Source of the DNA: Candidatus Latescibacterota bacterium
GTDB lineage: Bacteria > Latescibacterota > UBA2968 > UBA8231
DNA: 64,000 nucleotides
Assembly (NCBI GenBank): GCA_963422735.1
Contig: OY730476.1
Span: 1,280,001-1,344,000, forward strand
Direction of reading: 5' to 3'
Position numbers and translations under genes: made by a program. This document shows, one piece after another, positions 46,604-55,599 of this stretch. Within the stretch, counting starts at the first letter, position 1, and every line of letters starts with the position of its first letter. Under the pieces are notes generated by a model that was not told where the DNA came from, searched no databases, and saw only the letters and a list, made by a program, of their open reading frames with translations.

Positions 46604-47878
46604 CTACCAATAACTCAGCGCGTCCTCAAAAATCGCCGCTAGTTCCTCAGCATCTGCCGCTCGCGGCGAGAGCTTGGTCACTCGGTGCTGTGGCAGCGTG
46701 CCCTCGACCAGCACCGGGATGTGCTGGCTTCCGTAGCCGAGTGCGCTGAGGCCGTTGGGTGCGCCGAGTTGGCGCATCAGCGCGACGATGCGGTCGGCCA
46801 AGATCGCGCCCGCGTCCTCGTCGTTGGCCCCGGTGCAATCGGCCCCCAAGACCGCGGCCGCCCGCAGATGCCGCTGAGGGCAAGCCGGCGCGGTAAAGCG
46901 AAAGACCGCAGGTGCGTTGACGATCACGGCAAACCCGTGCGGCACCAGTGGGTAATCAATAGCGTATCCCTCGGGCACATAGTCTTCCACCATGCCAGCC
47001 ACCGGATAGGACATGCCGTGCGGCAAGTGGACGCCGGCGTTGCCAAAACCAATGCCGGCGAGGGCTGCTGCCAAGCTCATCGCGCTGCGGGCCTCATCGT
47101 CGCTTGGGTCGGCCACAGCGCGGAGCAGGAATTGTGCCACCAACCGCAAAGCCTCCAACGCCCACAAGTCGCTGATGGGATTCGAGCCTTGGTAGGCCGG
47201 TCGCAGTTGGGGCCGGTCGGGTCGGGGCCGCTGGTCAAACGGCAGGGCCGTGTACGACTCCAAGGCGTGCGATAGCACGTCGAGGCCGGTTGAAGCGGCT
47301 ACCTGCGGCGGCATGGAGCGCGTGTTGTCTGGATCGACGATCCCCAAGGTCGGGCGCATGTAGCGGTGGGCCATGCCGGTCTTGGCTTTCATCTCGACGA
47401 AATCGAAAATCGCCACGCCCGTGGTCTCGCTGCCGGTGCCAGCAGTGGTGGGGATGGCAATCAGCGGCTTGAGCGGGCCGGGCACTGGCTCCCCCCGGCC
47501 AATGGGCGCGTTGACGTATGCGAGGAAATCGGCTGGATAGGTGGTGTACACGTTGGCCGCTTTGGCCGTGTCCATCACCGATCCCCCGCCGACGGCGACG
47601 AATCCGTCAAACCCTTGTTGGGCGTACGCAATCGCCGCTTTGAACGAGGCGTCGGTCGGCTCGACGCGCACTTGGCCGAACAGCGCGTACTCGACGCCCG
47701 CCTCCGCAATGGCCGCCAAGGCCGTCTGCACCGGCGCTTGCTCGCGCAGGTTCGGGTCGGTCAATACCATGACCCGCTTCAGCCCCCGGTCCTTTAAATC
47801 CATGCCGATCTCCTTGGTGGTGCCCGGGCCGAAGCGGATGTTGGAGGTGGCGATTTCGTAGGCGGTGTCGAGAAGCAT
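46604..47878 (-). CDS. Hydroxyacid-oxoacid transhydrogenase (Fe-ADH family, ADHFE1-like)
   Basis: GGGSVMDTAK, YVNAPIGRG, PTTAGTGSETT, RPAYQGSNPISD, GNAGVHLPHGMSYP. Confidence 0.93.
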   Translation of the reverse strand: MLLDTAYEIATSNIRFGPGTTKEIGMDLKDRGLKRVMVLTDPNLREQAPVQTALAAIAEAGVEYALFGQVRVEPTDASFKAAIAYAQQGFDGFVAVGGGSVMDTAKAANVYTTYPADFLAYVNAPIGRGEPVPGPLKPLIAIPTTAGTGSETTGVAIFDFVEMKAKTGMAHRYMRPTLGIVDPDNTRSMPPQVAASTGLDVLSHALESYTALPFDQRPRPDRPQLRPAYQGSNPISDLWALEALRLVAQFLLRAVADPSDDEARSAMSLAAALAGIGFGNAGVHLPHGMSYPVAGMVEDYVPEGYAIDYPLVPHGFAVIVNAPAVFRFTAPACPQRHLRAAAVLGADCTGANDEDAGAILADRIVALMRQLGAPNGLSALGYGSQHIPVLVEGTLPQHRVTKLSPRAADAEELAAIFEDALSYW

Positions 47879-47987
47879 GATATAGCAATCCTAAATGACT
47901 GAAAAATGTGCATTGTGTAGCGCTGGTTAATACGCTACGATGGCTATCTGCGTCATCTGTGCTCGTCCTTGACCGACTAGGACGACG

Positions 47988-48263
47988 CTAGCCGCTAAAC
48001 GCCTTGAACGCCAGCCCGGCGATTGCCAAGATCGTCGTTAGCTGGAGCGGTATCACCCAGCGATATAGCTTGTCAATTTTGGCTTCAAGCGACTCGCGGT
48101 TGGCGTCAATTTTGGCCTCGAGCGACTCGCGGTTGGCGTCAATTTTGGTTTCGATGCGGCCCAGCCGGGCGTCGATTTGCTCGACAATGCCCTCCAGCCG
48201 GGCGATGCGCCCCTCGTGGTCTAACGGATACGGCCGCTCCGGCGACGGAAGTTGCTCGCTCAT
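47988..48263 (-). CDS. Small coiled-coil, C-terminally membrane-anchored protein with 11-aa repeats (Bdr/DUF1640-like)
   Basis: KIDANRESLEA twice plus KIDK, then a TM helix; AGGAGGTAGGAG RBS before ATG 48263. Confidence 0.75.
   Translation of the reverse strand: MSEQLPSPERPYPLDHEGRIARLEGIVEQIDARLGRIETKIDANRESLEAKIDANRESLEAKIDKLYRWVIPLQLTTILAIAGLAFKAFSG
48072..48148. repeat. 33-bp tandem repeat (about 2.3 copies)
   Basis: GTCAATTTTGGCyTCrAGCGACTCGCGGTTGGC repeated. Confidence 0.9.
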
Positions 48264-48481
48264 GCTCCTACCTCCTGTTTGATGGTTAACAGCGCCAAAC
48301 CTTAAAAAATGTCTCTGCGCCTTTCGAGTTCCCCGCCGATCCCGAAAATCCATACCAATCCATCTAAACCGTCTCCCCCTAGCCTTGCAGGAAGGGAGCT
48401 AGGAGGTTGGGCCTAAAATAGGGTTGACTTAGAAGGCCGGGCAAGGTCTAGTTAAAAGAGCTTTGACAATGGGAGATCGTC

Positions 48482-48907
48482 GTGGCTGAACGAATGAATA
48501 TGACGCACGAGGAAGTGGAGGAAGGGCAGCAGTTGGCCTTGGATTTTGGCAAGTTGCAGCGAGCCGCAGCCTGTGGCGAGGGGTTGGTGCCAGTGGCGGT
48601 ACAAGACGTGAATAGCGGCGAAGTGCTGATCGTGGCGTACGCCAATAAAGAGGCCCTAAACTATGCACAGCGCGAGGGCTTGGCCGCGTTTTGGAGCACG
48701 TCGCGCAACGAGTTGTGGGTTAAAGGCGCGACCTCGGGCAATGTGCTTGAACTGGTCGAAATCCGCGTCAACTGCGAGCAAAACTCGCTGCTATATCGCG
48801 TCCGGACCAAAGCAGAGGGGGCCTGCCACACCCGAGACGCAGCCGGTCGGACGCGGTCTGGGTGTTACTACCGGCGGCTCGTGAGGGAACGGCTCGAACC
48901 GGTTTGA
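48482..48907 (+). CDS. hisI: Phosphoribosyl-AMP cyclohydrolase
   Basis: LVPVAVQD, FWSTSR.ELW.KG.TSG, NCEQNSL, GACHT, CYYR. Confidence 0.92.
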   Translation: MAERMNMTHEEVEEGQQLALDFGKLQRAAACGEGLVPVAVQDVNSGEVLIVAYANKEALNYAQREGLAAFWSTSRNELWVKGATSGNVLELVEIRVNCEQNSLLYRVRTKAEGACHTRDAAGRTRSGCYYRRLVRERLEPV

Positions 48908-49012
48908 ATTGATCTGTGTGGGTTGGATTGTATTTTTGCGAATAGCGCGGTGTAAACTGCTGTTCCTATTGGGAGTCGTTTCTTCCCCTTTTGCTCACAC
49001 TCATAAGGTTCA

Positions 49013-49204
49013 GTGAAAGGATGCAAACATGGAGTTTGGATTACTTCTTTTCTGGCCATTCCCTTATGGATATTCAGCATGATCGTCGCTACCATGATAG
49101 CCGACAAAAAGAACAGATCGACAATAGCTTGGTTGTTGGCAGGTTTATGGTTTGGGCCTATTGCTTGCTTCTTTGTTTATATCCTCCCTGAGAAGAAACC
49201 TTAG
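49013..49204 (+). CDS. Small membrane protein (start uncertain, possibly frameshifted)
   Basis: IA..KNRS..AW...GLWFGPI pattern; low GC; an ATG at 49029 is out of frame. Confidence 0.5.
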   Translation: MKGCKHGVWITSFLAIPLWIFSMIVATMIADKKNRSTIAWLLAGLWFGPIACFFVYILPEKKP

Positions 49205-49259
49205 ACGTATGGTTCCCATCTGAGAATAGCGCTTGACACCCTAACTGGAGAACTAGACG

Positions 49260-49787
49260 ATGGCTAATGCCGTGATTGTCGTCGATATGCAGAATGGCTT
49301 TATGCGTCCAGACGGGACCCTCTACTGCGGGGACCACGCACGGGCGATCATCCCGCGCATCGCCGCACGGGTCGAGCGCGAAAAGGCCGCTGGGGCCTCG
49401 CTATTTTTTACCCAAGACAGCCACAGCGCAAACGACCGCGAGTTTGAGATGTTCCCTCCCCACTGCATCGAAGGCAGCGAGGAGGAGCACATCATCGCCG
49501 AGCTAGCGCCGTTGGCCCAAGAGGCGCAGATTGTCAAAAAGCGGCGCTACAGTGCCTTTTTCGAGACCGGGTTGGCCGCGATGTTGGAGGAGCTAGCACC
49601 GGACAAGGTCGTGGTGATGGGCGATTGCACGGATATCTGCGTCCTGCACACTGTGGCCGGGCTGCGCAATCGCGACTATCGGGTCGAGGTCCCGGCCGAT
49701 TGCGTCGCCAGCTTTGATCCTCGGCAACACGAATGGGCCTTGGGGCATATAGAAAAAATTCTCGGGGCCCAAGTCACTAATCGCTGA
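49260..49787 (+). CDS. pncA: Nicotinamidase / isochorismatase-family cysteine hydrolase
   Basis: VVDMQNGF, QDSH, FPPHC, K.RYSAF, TDICV; adjacent to pncB. Confidence 0.85.
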   Translation: MANAVIVVDMQNGFMRPDGTLYCGDHARAIIPRIAARVEREKAAGASLFFTQDSHSANDREFEMFPPHCIEGSEEEHIIAELAPLAQEAQIVKKRRYSAFFETGLAAMLEELAPDKVVVMGDCTDICVLHTVAGLRNRDYRVEVPADCVASFDPRQHEWALGHIEKILGAQVTNR

Positions 49788-50788
49788 TGGCAGACCGCGA
49801 CCCATACGCGCCCTCAGCTGCTGCGCTGGCGGGAGACAACGCGGATATGTACTTCCGCCGCAGTTGCGACATCCTCGCGGCCGAGCAGCTCAATCCGGTC
49901 GTGGCGATGGAGGTATTTACCCGGCAGCGCGCCCTGCTCTGCGGCTTGCGCGAGGCGCAGGCCCTCTTGCGGCAGGTGCTCGGCGAGAAGGCGGAGGTAT
50001 GGAGCTTGGACGAAGGGGATTGGATCGAGCCGCGCGAGGCAGTATTGCGGATTCGCGCACCCTACCGGCAGTTCGGGCTGTACGAGACGGCGCTGTTGGG
50101 GATGCTCAGCAGCGAGACCGGGTGGGCCACGGCCGCGGCGGAGTGCGTGGCCGCAGCCGACGGGGTGCCGATCATCAGCTTCGGTGCCCGGCACGTCCAC
50201 CCAGATGTCAGCGCCCGGATGGAATACGCGGCTATCGTCGGGGGCTGCTCCGGATGCGCCACCCCGCAAGGGGCCGCCCTTGCTGGCATTGAGGCAAGCG
50301 GAACCATGCCCCATGCCCTAATCCTGTGCTTCGGCGACACGCTCAAGGCGGCCGAGGCCTTTGACCGCCACATCGACGCCAAGGTCGAGCGCATCGCGCT
50401 GGTTGACACCTTTAAGGACGAAGCCGAAGAAAGCCTGCGGCTGGCCGAGGCCCTAGGCGAGAAGCTGTGGGGAGTGCGGCTGGACACTCCCAGCGAGCGC
50501 GGCCGCGTCACGGCTGAGTTGGTCGCGGAGGTGCGCGCACGGCTCGACCAAGCCGGACATAGCCAAGTAAAGATCGCGGTCTCCGGCGGCTTGGACGCCG
50601 AGCGGATCGGCTATTTCCGGGCGGCAGGAGCCCCGGTGGATACCTTTGGGGTCGGCAGCGCCATCAGCGCGGCCGCGCTGATTGATTTTACCGCGGACAT
50701 CAAAGAAGTAGAAGGCCGGCCCCTCGCCAAGCGAGGACGGATACCAGGGCTTACTGAAAACCCCCGGCTTAAGCGATTGGAACTCTAA
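49787..50788 (+). CDS. pncB: Nicotinate phosphoribosyltransferase (short, archaeal-like type)
   Basis: D.YF, SFGARHVHP, GTMPHA, LVDTF, VRLDT, SGGL, FGVG, D.KEV.G...AKRG. Confidence 0.9.
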   Translation: MADRDPYAPSAAALAGDNADMYFRRSCDILAAEQLNPVVAMEVFTRQRALLCGLREAQALLRQVLGEKAEVWSLDEGDWIEPREAVLRIRAPYRQFGLYETALLGMLSSETGWATAAAECVAAADGVPIISFGARHVHPDVSARMEYAAIVGGCSGCATPQGAALAGIEASGTMPHALILCFGDTLKAAEAFDRHIDAKVERIALVDTFKDEAEESLRLAEALGEKLWGVRLDTPSERGRVTAELVAEVRARLDQAGHSQVKIAVSGGLDAERIGYFRAAGAPVDTFGVGSAISAAALIDFTADIKEVEGRPLAKRGRIPGLTENPRLKRLEL

Positions 50789-50801
50789 TAAGGAGCATGT
50801 T

Positions 50802-51929
50802 ATGAGCAAATACGACTTTGGCAGTGGACGCACGGATCCCGGCTCGTTTCCCACAAAGGCGCTGGCCGAGGCCGCTAGCACAGCCGTGCGCGAGCTAGGC
50901 GCGGATCTGGTGCGCTATCCCGGTGATATGGGTCACCAGGGCTTGCGCGAGGTCATGGCCGTGCGCGAGTCGCGGCGCGAGGGCGTGGACGTGCCTGCCG
51001 ACCACATCGCGCTGATGAACGGCTCCATGCAGGCAGTTACGCTGATAGCCGAGGCACTGATGGAAGGTCCGGGGGACGTGATCGTCACCGAGGAACTGAC
51101 GTATTCTGGGACGATTGCTGCGTACAAGCGGTTGGGGGCCGAGCTGGTCGGGGTGCCGCTCGACGAGCAGGGCATGCGCGTCGATGCGCTGGCCGACATG
51201 TTGGCGGATTTGCGCCGCAAGGGCACTCGGCCGCGCTTCATTTATACCTTGGCGACCTACCAGAACCCCACCGGCTCGGTCATGCCACGGCAGCGCCGCC
51301 TCGAACTAATCGAAGTGGCTCGCTACTACGAGACCATCGTGGTGGAAGACAACTGCTACGGCGATGTGCATTTTGAGGGGCCGCAAGAGCCGGCGCTCTA
51401 CGCGCTCGACGACAGCCCCAACGTCCTGTACATCGGCTCGCTGTCCAAAATTTTGGGACCCGGGGTGCGGTTGGGCTATTTGTTGGCCCGGCCGCCCATG
51501 CTGGAGCGGATCCTCGACCGCCGCTACGACGGGGGTAACAGCTTGCTGGTGGCCGCTAGCTGTGCGGCCCTGTTCCGCGACCGGCTGTGGCAGCACTTGG
51601 CCGAGACCAACGCCATCCTCAAGGAAAAGCGCGATGCCGTCTTCGCCGGTCTCGAAGAGAGTGCGGGCAATTTATGCACGTGGTCGCGGCCCGTGGGCGG
51701 CATGTTCATCTGGATCGAGTTCCCCGAAGAGGTGGATCGCTTGAGCCTCATGGCCCTGTGCGCCGAGCGCGGTATTGTGGTGGCGCGGGGGCAGGGCTTC
51801 CACATCCGGCGCGAGGATGTGCCGGCCATACGCCTCGCCTTTGGCTTTGCCTCGCTGGAGGCCATCCGCGAGGGCGTGCCGCTGTTGGCCGAGTGCATCC
51901 ACAAGGCGCGGGTCCCCGTGATGGCCTGA
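50802..51929 (+). CDS. Class I/II PLP aminotransferase (LysN/MocR-like, no HTH)
   Basis: NGSMQA, YQNPTG, EDNCY, GSLSKILGPGVRLGY, GGMFIW, IRLAF. Confidence 0.9.
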   Translation: MSKYDFGSGRTDPGSFPTKALAEAASTAVRELGADLVRYPGDMGHQGLREVMAVRESRREGVDVPADHIALMNGSMQAVTLIAEALMEGPGDVIVTEELTYSGTIAAYKRLGAELVGVPLDEQGMRVDALADMLADLRRKGTRPRFIYTLATYQNPTGSVMPRQRRLELIEVARYYETIVVEDNCYGDVHFEGPQEPALYALDDSPNVLYIGSLSKILGPGVRLGYLLARPPMLERILDRRYDGGNSLLVAASCAALFRDRLWQHLAETNAILKEKRDAVFAGLEESAGNLCTWSRPVGGMFIWIEFPEEVDRLSLMALCAERGIVVARGQGFHIRREDVPAIRLAFGFASLEAIREGVPLLAECIHKARVPVMA

Positions 51930-53881
51930 TGGACCTGCCCGAAATAGCCTTGGTGCAGATGGAGGTCAAGCCCGGGCGACCCGACCTGAACGCGGAACGG
52001 ATCCTAGCCTTTATCGAGCAGGCGCGGGCAGCCGGCGCTGAGGTCGTGGTATTTTCCGAACTGTGCATCAGCGGCTATATCCTCGGCGACTTGTGGGAGA
52101 TGGACGCTTATGTCGAGGATTTTGCCGCGTACAGCGACGAGATTTGCCGGGCTAGCACCGGGTTGACCGTGGTTTTTGGCAACGTGGCGGTGGACCTAAT
52201 CCACAAGGGCCAAGATGGACGGCGGCGCAAGTACAATGCCGTCTATGTATGCTCCAACGGCGAATACGCGGTGCGCGAAGCCGTACCCACCGGGCTGCCC
52301 TGCGGCGTCCAGCCCAAGACCCTGCATCCCAACTATCGCTTCTTTGACGACGACCGGCACTTTTTCTCGCTGCGCCACCTAGCCGAGGCCGAGGGCCGGC
52401 CGCTGGAGGACTGGCTGCACCCGTACAGGGTCCGGCTCCAAGATGGGCGGCTTTTTGACTTTGGTGTGCAACTGTGCGAGGACATCTGGTGCGAGGACTA
52501 CTGCCGCAGTGGCCAGCCTCTCGACACGCTCGCGCTATATCGCCGCCGCGGCGCTGAAGCCGTATTCAATCTCTCGGCTTCGCCCTTTACTTGGCAGAAA
52601 AGCGACAAGCGCAACCGCGTGATACGCCAGATACTGGCGCGCTCACCCCTGCCCTTCTTCTACGTCAACCAAGTCGGGGCGCAAAACAACGGCAAGAACA
52701 TCGTGGTGTTTGACGGCGACAGCACCGCGTACGCGGCTACTGGGCACATTGCATGCCGCGCTCGTCCCTGGCGGGAACAACTCGTGCTCACCGGCCGCGC
52801 CGAGGTCGCGCCGCCCCAGAGTGAGATCGCAGCCCAGTACGCGGGCATCCTCACCGGGCTGCGGCACTTGGACGATGTGCGCGGCGCAGAAAGCAAGTTC
52901 CTCATTGCGACGAGCGGCGGCGTGGATTCCAGCGTGGTTTGCTGTTTGCTGGAGCGCACCTTTGGCCCAGAGCGCGTGTTTGCGGTCAACATGCCGACGC
53001 GCTTCAACGCCGCCGTTACCCAAGACAACGCCCGCTCGCTGTGCGCCGCATTAGGTGTTGATTACCTTTGCTGCCCGATCGAATCGCTGTACGAGGCCGT
53101 AGCCTCCTTCGTGCAGGGTGCGGAATTCTCCGTGGGCCGGGGCGAGTACACTCGGTTGGTGGATGAGAACGTGCAGGCGCGCATCCGCTTTGCCGATGTG
53201 CTCTCTGGTTTAGCGGCCAAATACGGACTCGTGTTCACGTCCAACGGCAACAAGACCGAGGTCGCTTTGGGTTACGCCACGCTCTACGGGGATGTCAGCG
53301 GCGCGGTGGCCCCGATTGCCGACCTGTACAAGGTGCAGGTCTTCGCGTTGGCACGCTTTCTCAACGAGGAGGTCTATGGCCGCACCGTGGTGCCGGAGAA
53401 TCTGCTCGATGGCTCGGTGGTGCCCAGTGCCGAGCTGTCTGAGGCCCAAGACGTGACGCAGGGCTTGGGCGACCCGATCAAGTACGGATACCACGACGCC
53501 GTGCTGCGACAGTTCATCGAATACCGGCGGCACAGCAGCGATTTGTTGCAGTGGTTTATAGACGGCGTGCTGCTCAAGCGGTTGGGGTGGGACGACGCGG
53601 CGCGCTTTCGCGCATACTTCCCGAACGCGCGAAGTTGGATCGAAGACCTCGAATGGGTGGAACGCCAGGTGCGGATCAACTACTTCAAGCGGATTCAAGC
53701 GCCGCCAGTCATCGTCTTGAGCAAGCGCGCCTTTGGCTTTGATTTGCGCGAGACCCAACAGCCCCCCTATGCGCCGCGCCGCTGCGATCAGCTAAAGGCC
53801 GAGGCGGTGAATCAGTGGTCAGTGGTCAGTGGTCAGTGGCCAGTGGCCAGTGGTCAGTGGCCAGTGGTCAGTGGTCAGTAA
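51929..53881 (+). CDS. nadE: Glutamine-dependent NAD+ synthetase
   Basis: Nitrilase-like domain (FSEL, PNYRFFDD.R.F, CEDIW) plus synthetase domain (SGGVDS, ENVQARIR, NKTE.ALGY.TLYGD, PSAEL); ATG overlaps the upstream stop. Confidence 0.95.
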   Translation: MDLPEIALVQMEVKPGRPDLNAERILAFIEQARAAGAEVVVFSELCISGYILGDLWEMDAYVEDFAAYSDEICRASTGLTVVFGNVAVDLIHKGQDGRRRKYNAVYVCSNGEYAVREAVPTGLPCGVQPKTLHPNYRFFDDDRHFFSLRHLAEAEGRPLEDWLHPYRVRLQDGRLFDFGVQLCEDIWCEDYCRSGQPLDTLALYRRRGAEAVFNLSASPFTWQKSDKRNRVIRQILARSPLPFFYVNQVGAQNNGKNIVVFDGDSTAYAATGHIACRARPWREQLVLTGRAEVAPPQSEIAAQYAGILTGLRHLDDVRGAESKFLIATSGGVDSSVVCCLLERTFGPERVFAVNMPTRFNAAVTQDNARSLCAALGVDYLCCPIESLYEAVASFVQGAEFSVGRGEYTRLVDENVQARIRFADVLSGLAAKYGLVFTSNGNKTEVALGYATLYGDVSGAVAPIADLYKVQVFALARFLNEEVYGRTVVPENLLDGSVVPSAELSEAQDVTQGLGDPIKYGYHDAVLRQFIEYRRHSSDLLQWFIDGVLLKRLGWDDAARFRAYFPNARSWIEDLEWVERQVRINYFKRIQAPPVIVLSKRAFGFDLRETQQPPYAPRRCDQLKAEAVNQWSVVSGQWPVASGQWPVVSGQ

Positions 53882-53952
53882 CCGGCCCCCACCCCGCACA
53901 CCCGCATAATGGAAAAGGTCGGGTGAGGCACTGACCACCGGCCACTAACCAC
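53813..53952. repeat. Heptamer tandem repeat (CAGTGGY)x9 with a downstream inverted array
   Basis: Nine full units at 53813-53875 inside the nadE 3' end; about 3.5 inverted units at 53929-53952. Confidence 0.95.
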
Positions 53953-53963
53953 AGGAGATTATT

Positions 53964-55571
53964 ATGACCGACCCGATCCTGCTCACCGACGAGCAGATGC
54001 GCGAGTTTATCGTCAATGGCTATCTGGTCTTTGAGCCGACTGTACCCGAGGGGACGCACGAAGCGTGCTATGAGCGGCTCAACCAAATCATCGACTCGGA
54101 GCTAAATCCGGGTAACAACATTCTGCCGCGCGTACCCGCCATGCGCCACGTGCTCAACTCGCCCGAAGTGCGCGGCGCACTCATCAGCGTTTTAGGCCCC
54201 AATTACTTGGAGCATCCACACCGCTACTGCCATCCCCTCAAGCCGGTGGAGGAAGCCGTGCCCTCGGCCGAGGCCGAGGAAAGGCTGCGCCGCAACTGCC
54301 ATCAGGATGGGTACACGCCTATGGGCCATCCGCGCCAGCACTATTTGCGCTATGCGCGAATTATGTACTACCCGCAGGATTCGCCAGTCGAATTGGGGCC
54401 GACGCACGTGATCCCGGGTACGCAGTTTAACCGGGGACTGACCGACGAGGACCGGGCGCGCGCCTTGCCATTGGCCGGCCGGGCCGGCACGGTGTCTCTG
54501 ACGCACTTCGACGTGGGCCACGCGGCCGGCGTCAGTCTGCTACCGATGCATCGTCACATGATCAAGTTTATCTACATGCGGGCCTCTGAACCGACGGCAC
54601 CCACTTGGGACTGCAAAAGCACACATTGGCAAAAGCCCCAGCTCATTGAGTCCCCCTACGATCTGGAACTGGCTTGGGCGCATACTTGGGACTGGCTCTG
54701 CGGCAAGCGGGATCGCTACGCTAGCTGGCCAAAGGCCGCCGGAGACGTGGCGGCACTCATCGCCCAGATCGATCCAGACGTGGACTTAGCGCAGCGGCTT
54801 GCGGCGGCTCAGCAATTGGCCGGCTGCGGCGTCGATGCGGCCGAAGCTGTGCCAACGCTCGTCGAGTGCTTGGGCACCGATCACCAAGCCATGCGCACGG
54901 CAGCGACCTACGCGCTGGGCGCAATCGGAGCACCAGCGGTCGAGCCGCTGGCCCAAGCCTTGCGCGCAGCGGGTCGCGAGGCCGATCGACACGAGGCTCC
55001 GCCCGCTTGGAACGAAGGGGCGACTAACATGGAAGACGCAGCGCAGGCTCTGGCGGCCGTTGGCGAACCCTCGGTCGAAGCGCTCTGTGCGCTGTTGGCC
55101 GACGAAAGCGAGTGGACTCAAGTCAACGCCGCCTTTGCCCTCGGCGAGATGGATTCGCACGCGGTGGCCGCGGTCGAGGCACTGACGCGGAGCCTTGAAG
55201 AGGGTTCGCATCGCTTGGTGCGCACAGCCCTCGTCGCGCTGGGCAATATCGCGCAAGGCGTACCAGTAGAAGCTTTGGGGCGAATGCTCTCGGCTGATCA
55301 CCCCACTTGGTACAAGGAGGAGAGCCGCTGCTGGGTGCCCCGAGACCAAGTGCGAACCAACGCCGCAATAGCCTGTGCTCAGCTCGGCCAAGCCACGGCT
55401 CCGTTAGAAGCTCAGCTCTTCAGAGCACTCGACGATCCCTGTGGTCACGTGGGCGCGTTCGCGCTCAGTGCCCTGCAACAGATTGGCTCGCCCACAGCTA
55501 CGCAGGCCGCGATGGATTACCTGTACTCGCAGCGCTGGGATGCCGCCATCGACGGCGAGCGGCAGTTTTGA
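53964..55571 (+). CDS. PhyH-like Fe(II)/2OG dioxygenase fused to HEAT/PBS-lyase repeats
   Basis: F..NGYL, CHQDG, GPT.VIPG, H.D..H in the N-terminal half; AA.ALG.IG HEAT repeats in the C-terminal half. Confidence 0.85.
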   Translation: MTDPILLTDEQMREFIVNGYLVFEPTVPEGTHEACYERLNQIIDSELNPGNNILPRVPAMRHVLNSPEVRGALISVLGPNYLEHPHRYCHPLKPVEEAVPSAEAEERLRRNCHQDGYTPMGHPRQHYLRYARIMYYPQDSPVELGPTHVIPGTQFNRGLTDEDRARALPLAGRAGTVSLTHFDVGHAAGVSLLPMHRHMIKFIYMRASEPTAPTWDCKSTHWQKPQLIESPYDLELAWAHTWDWLCGKRDRYASWPKAAGDVAALIAQIDPDVDLAQRLAAAQQLAGCGVDAAEAVPTLVECLGTDHQAMRTAATYALGAIGAPAVEPLAQALRAAGREADRHEAPPAWNEGATNMEDAAQALAAVGEPSVEALCALLADESEWTQVNAAFALGEMDSHAVAAVEALTRSLEEGSHRLVRTALVALGNIAQGVPVEALGRMLSADHPTWYKEESRCWVPRDQVRTNAAIACAQLGQATAPLEAQLFRALDDPCGHVGAFALSALQQIGSPTATQAAMDYLYSQRWDAAIDGERQF

Positions 55572-55599
55572 GGGGATTCTAATATAGCGAAGGTACCGC

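Noticed and set aside
51587-51928. N-terminal extension of the nadE ORF in the track
   Set aside because: It overlaps the aminotransferase gene out of frame; the nitrilase domain begins at ATG 51929.
53813-53964. Heptamer slippage fusing NadE to the PhyH-HEAT protein
   Set aside because: The frame of the downstream ATG contains a TAA at 53907-53909, so no fusion is possible.
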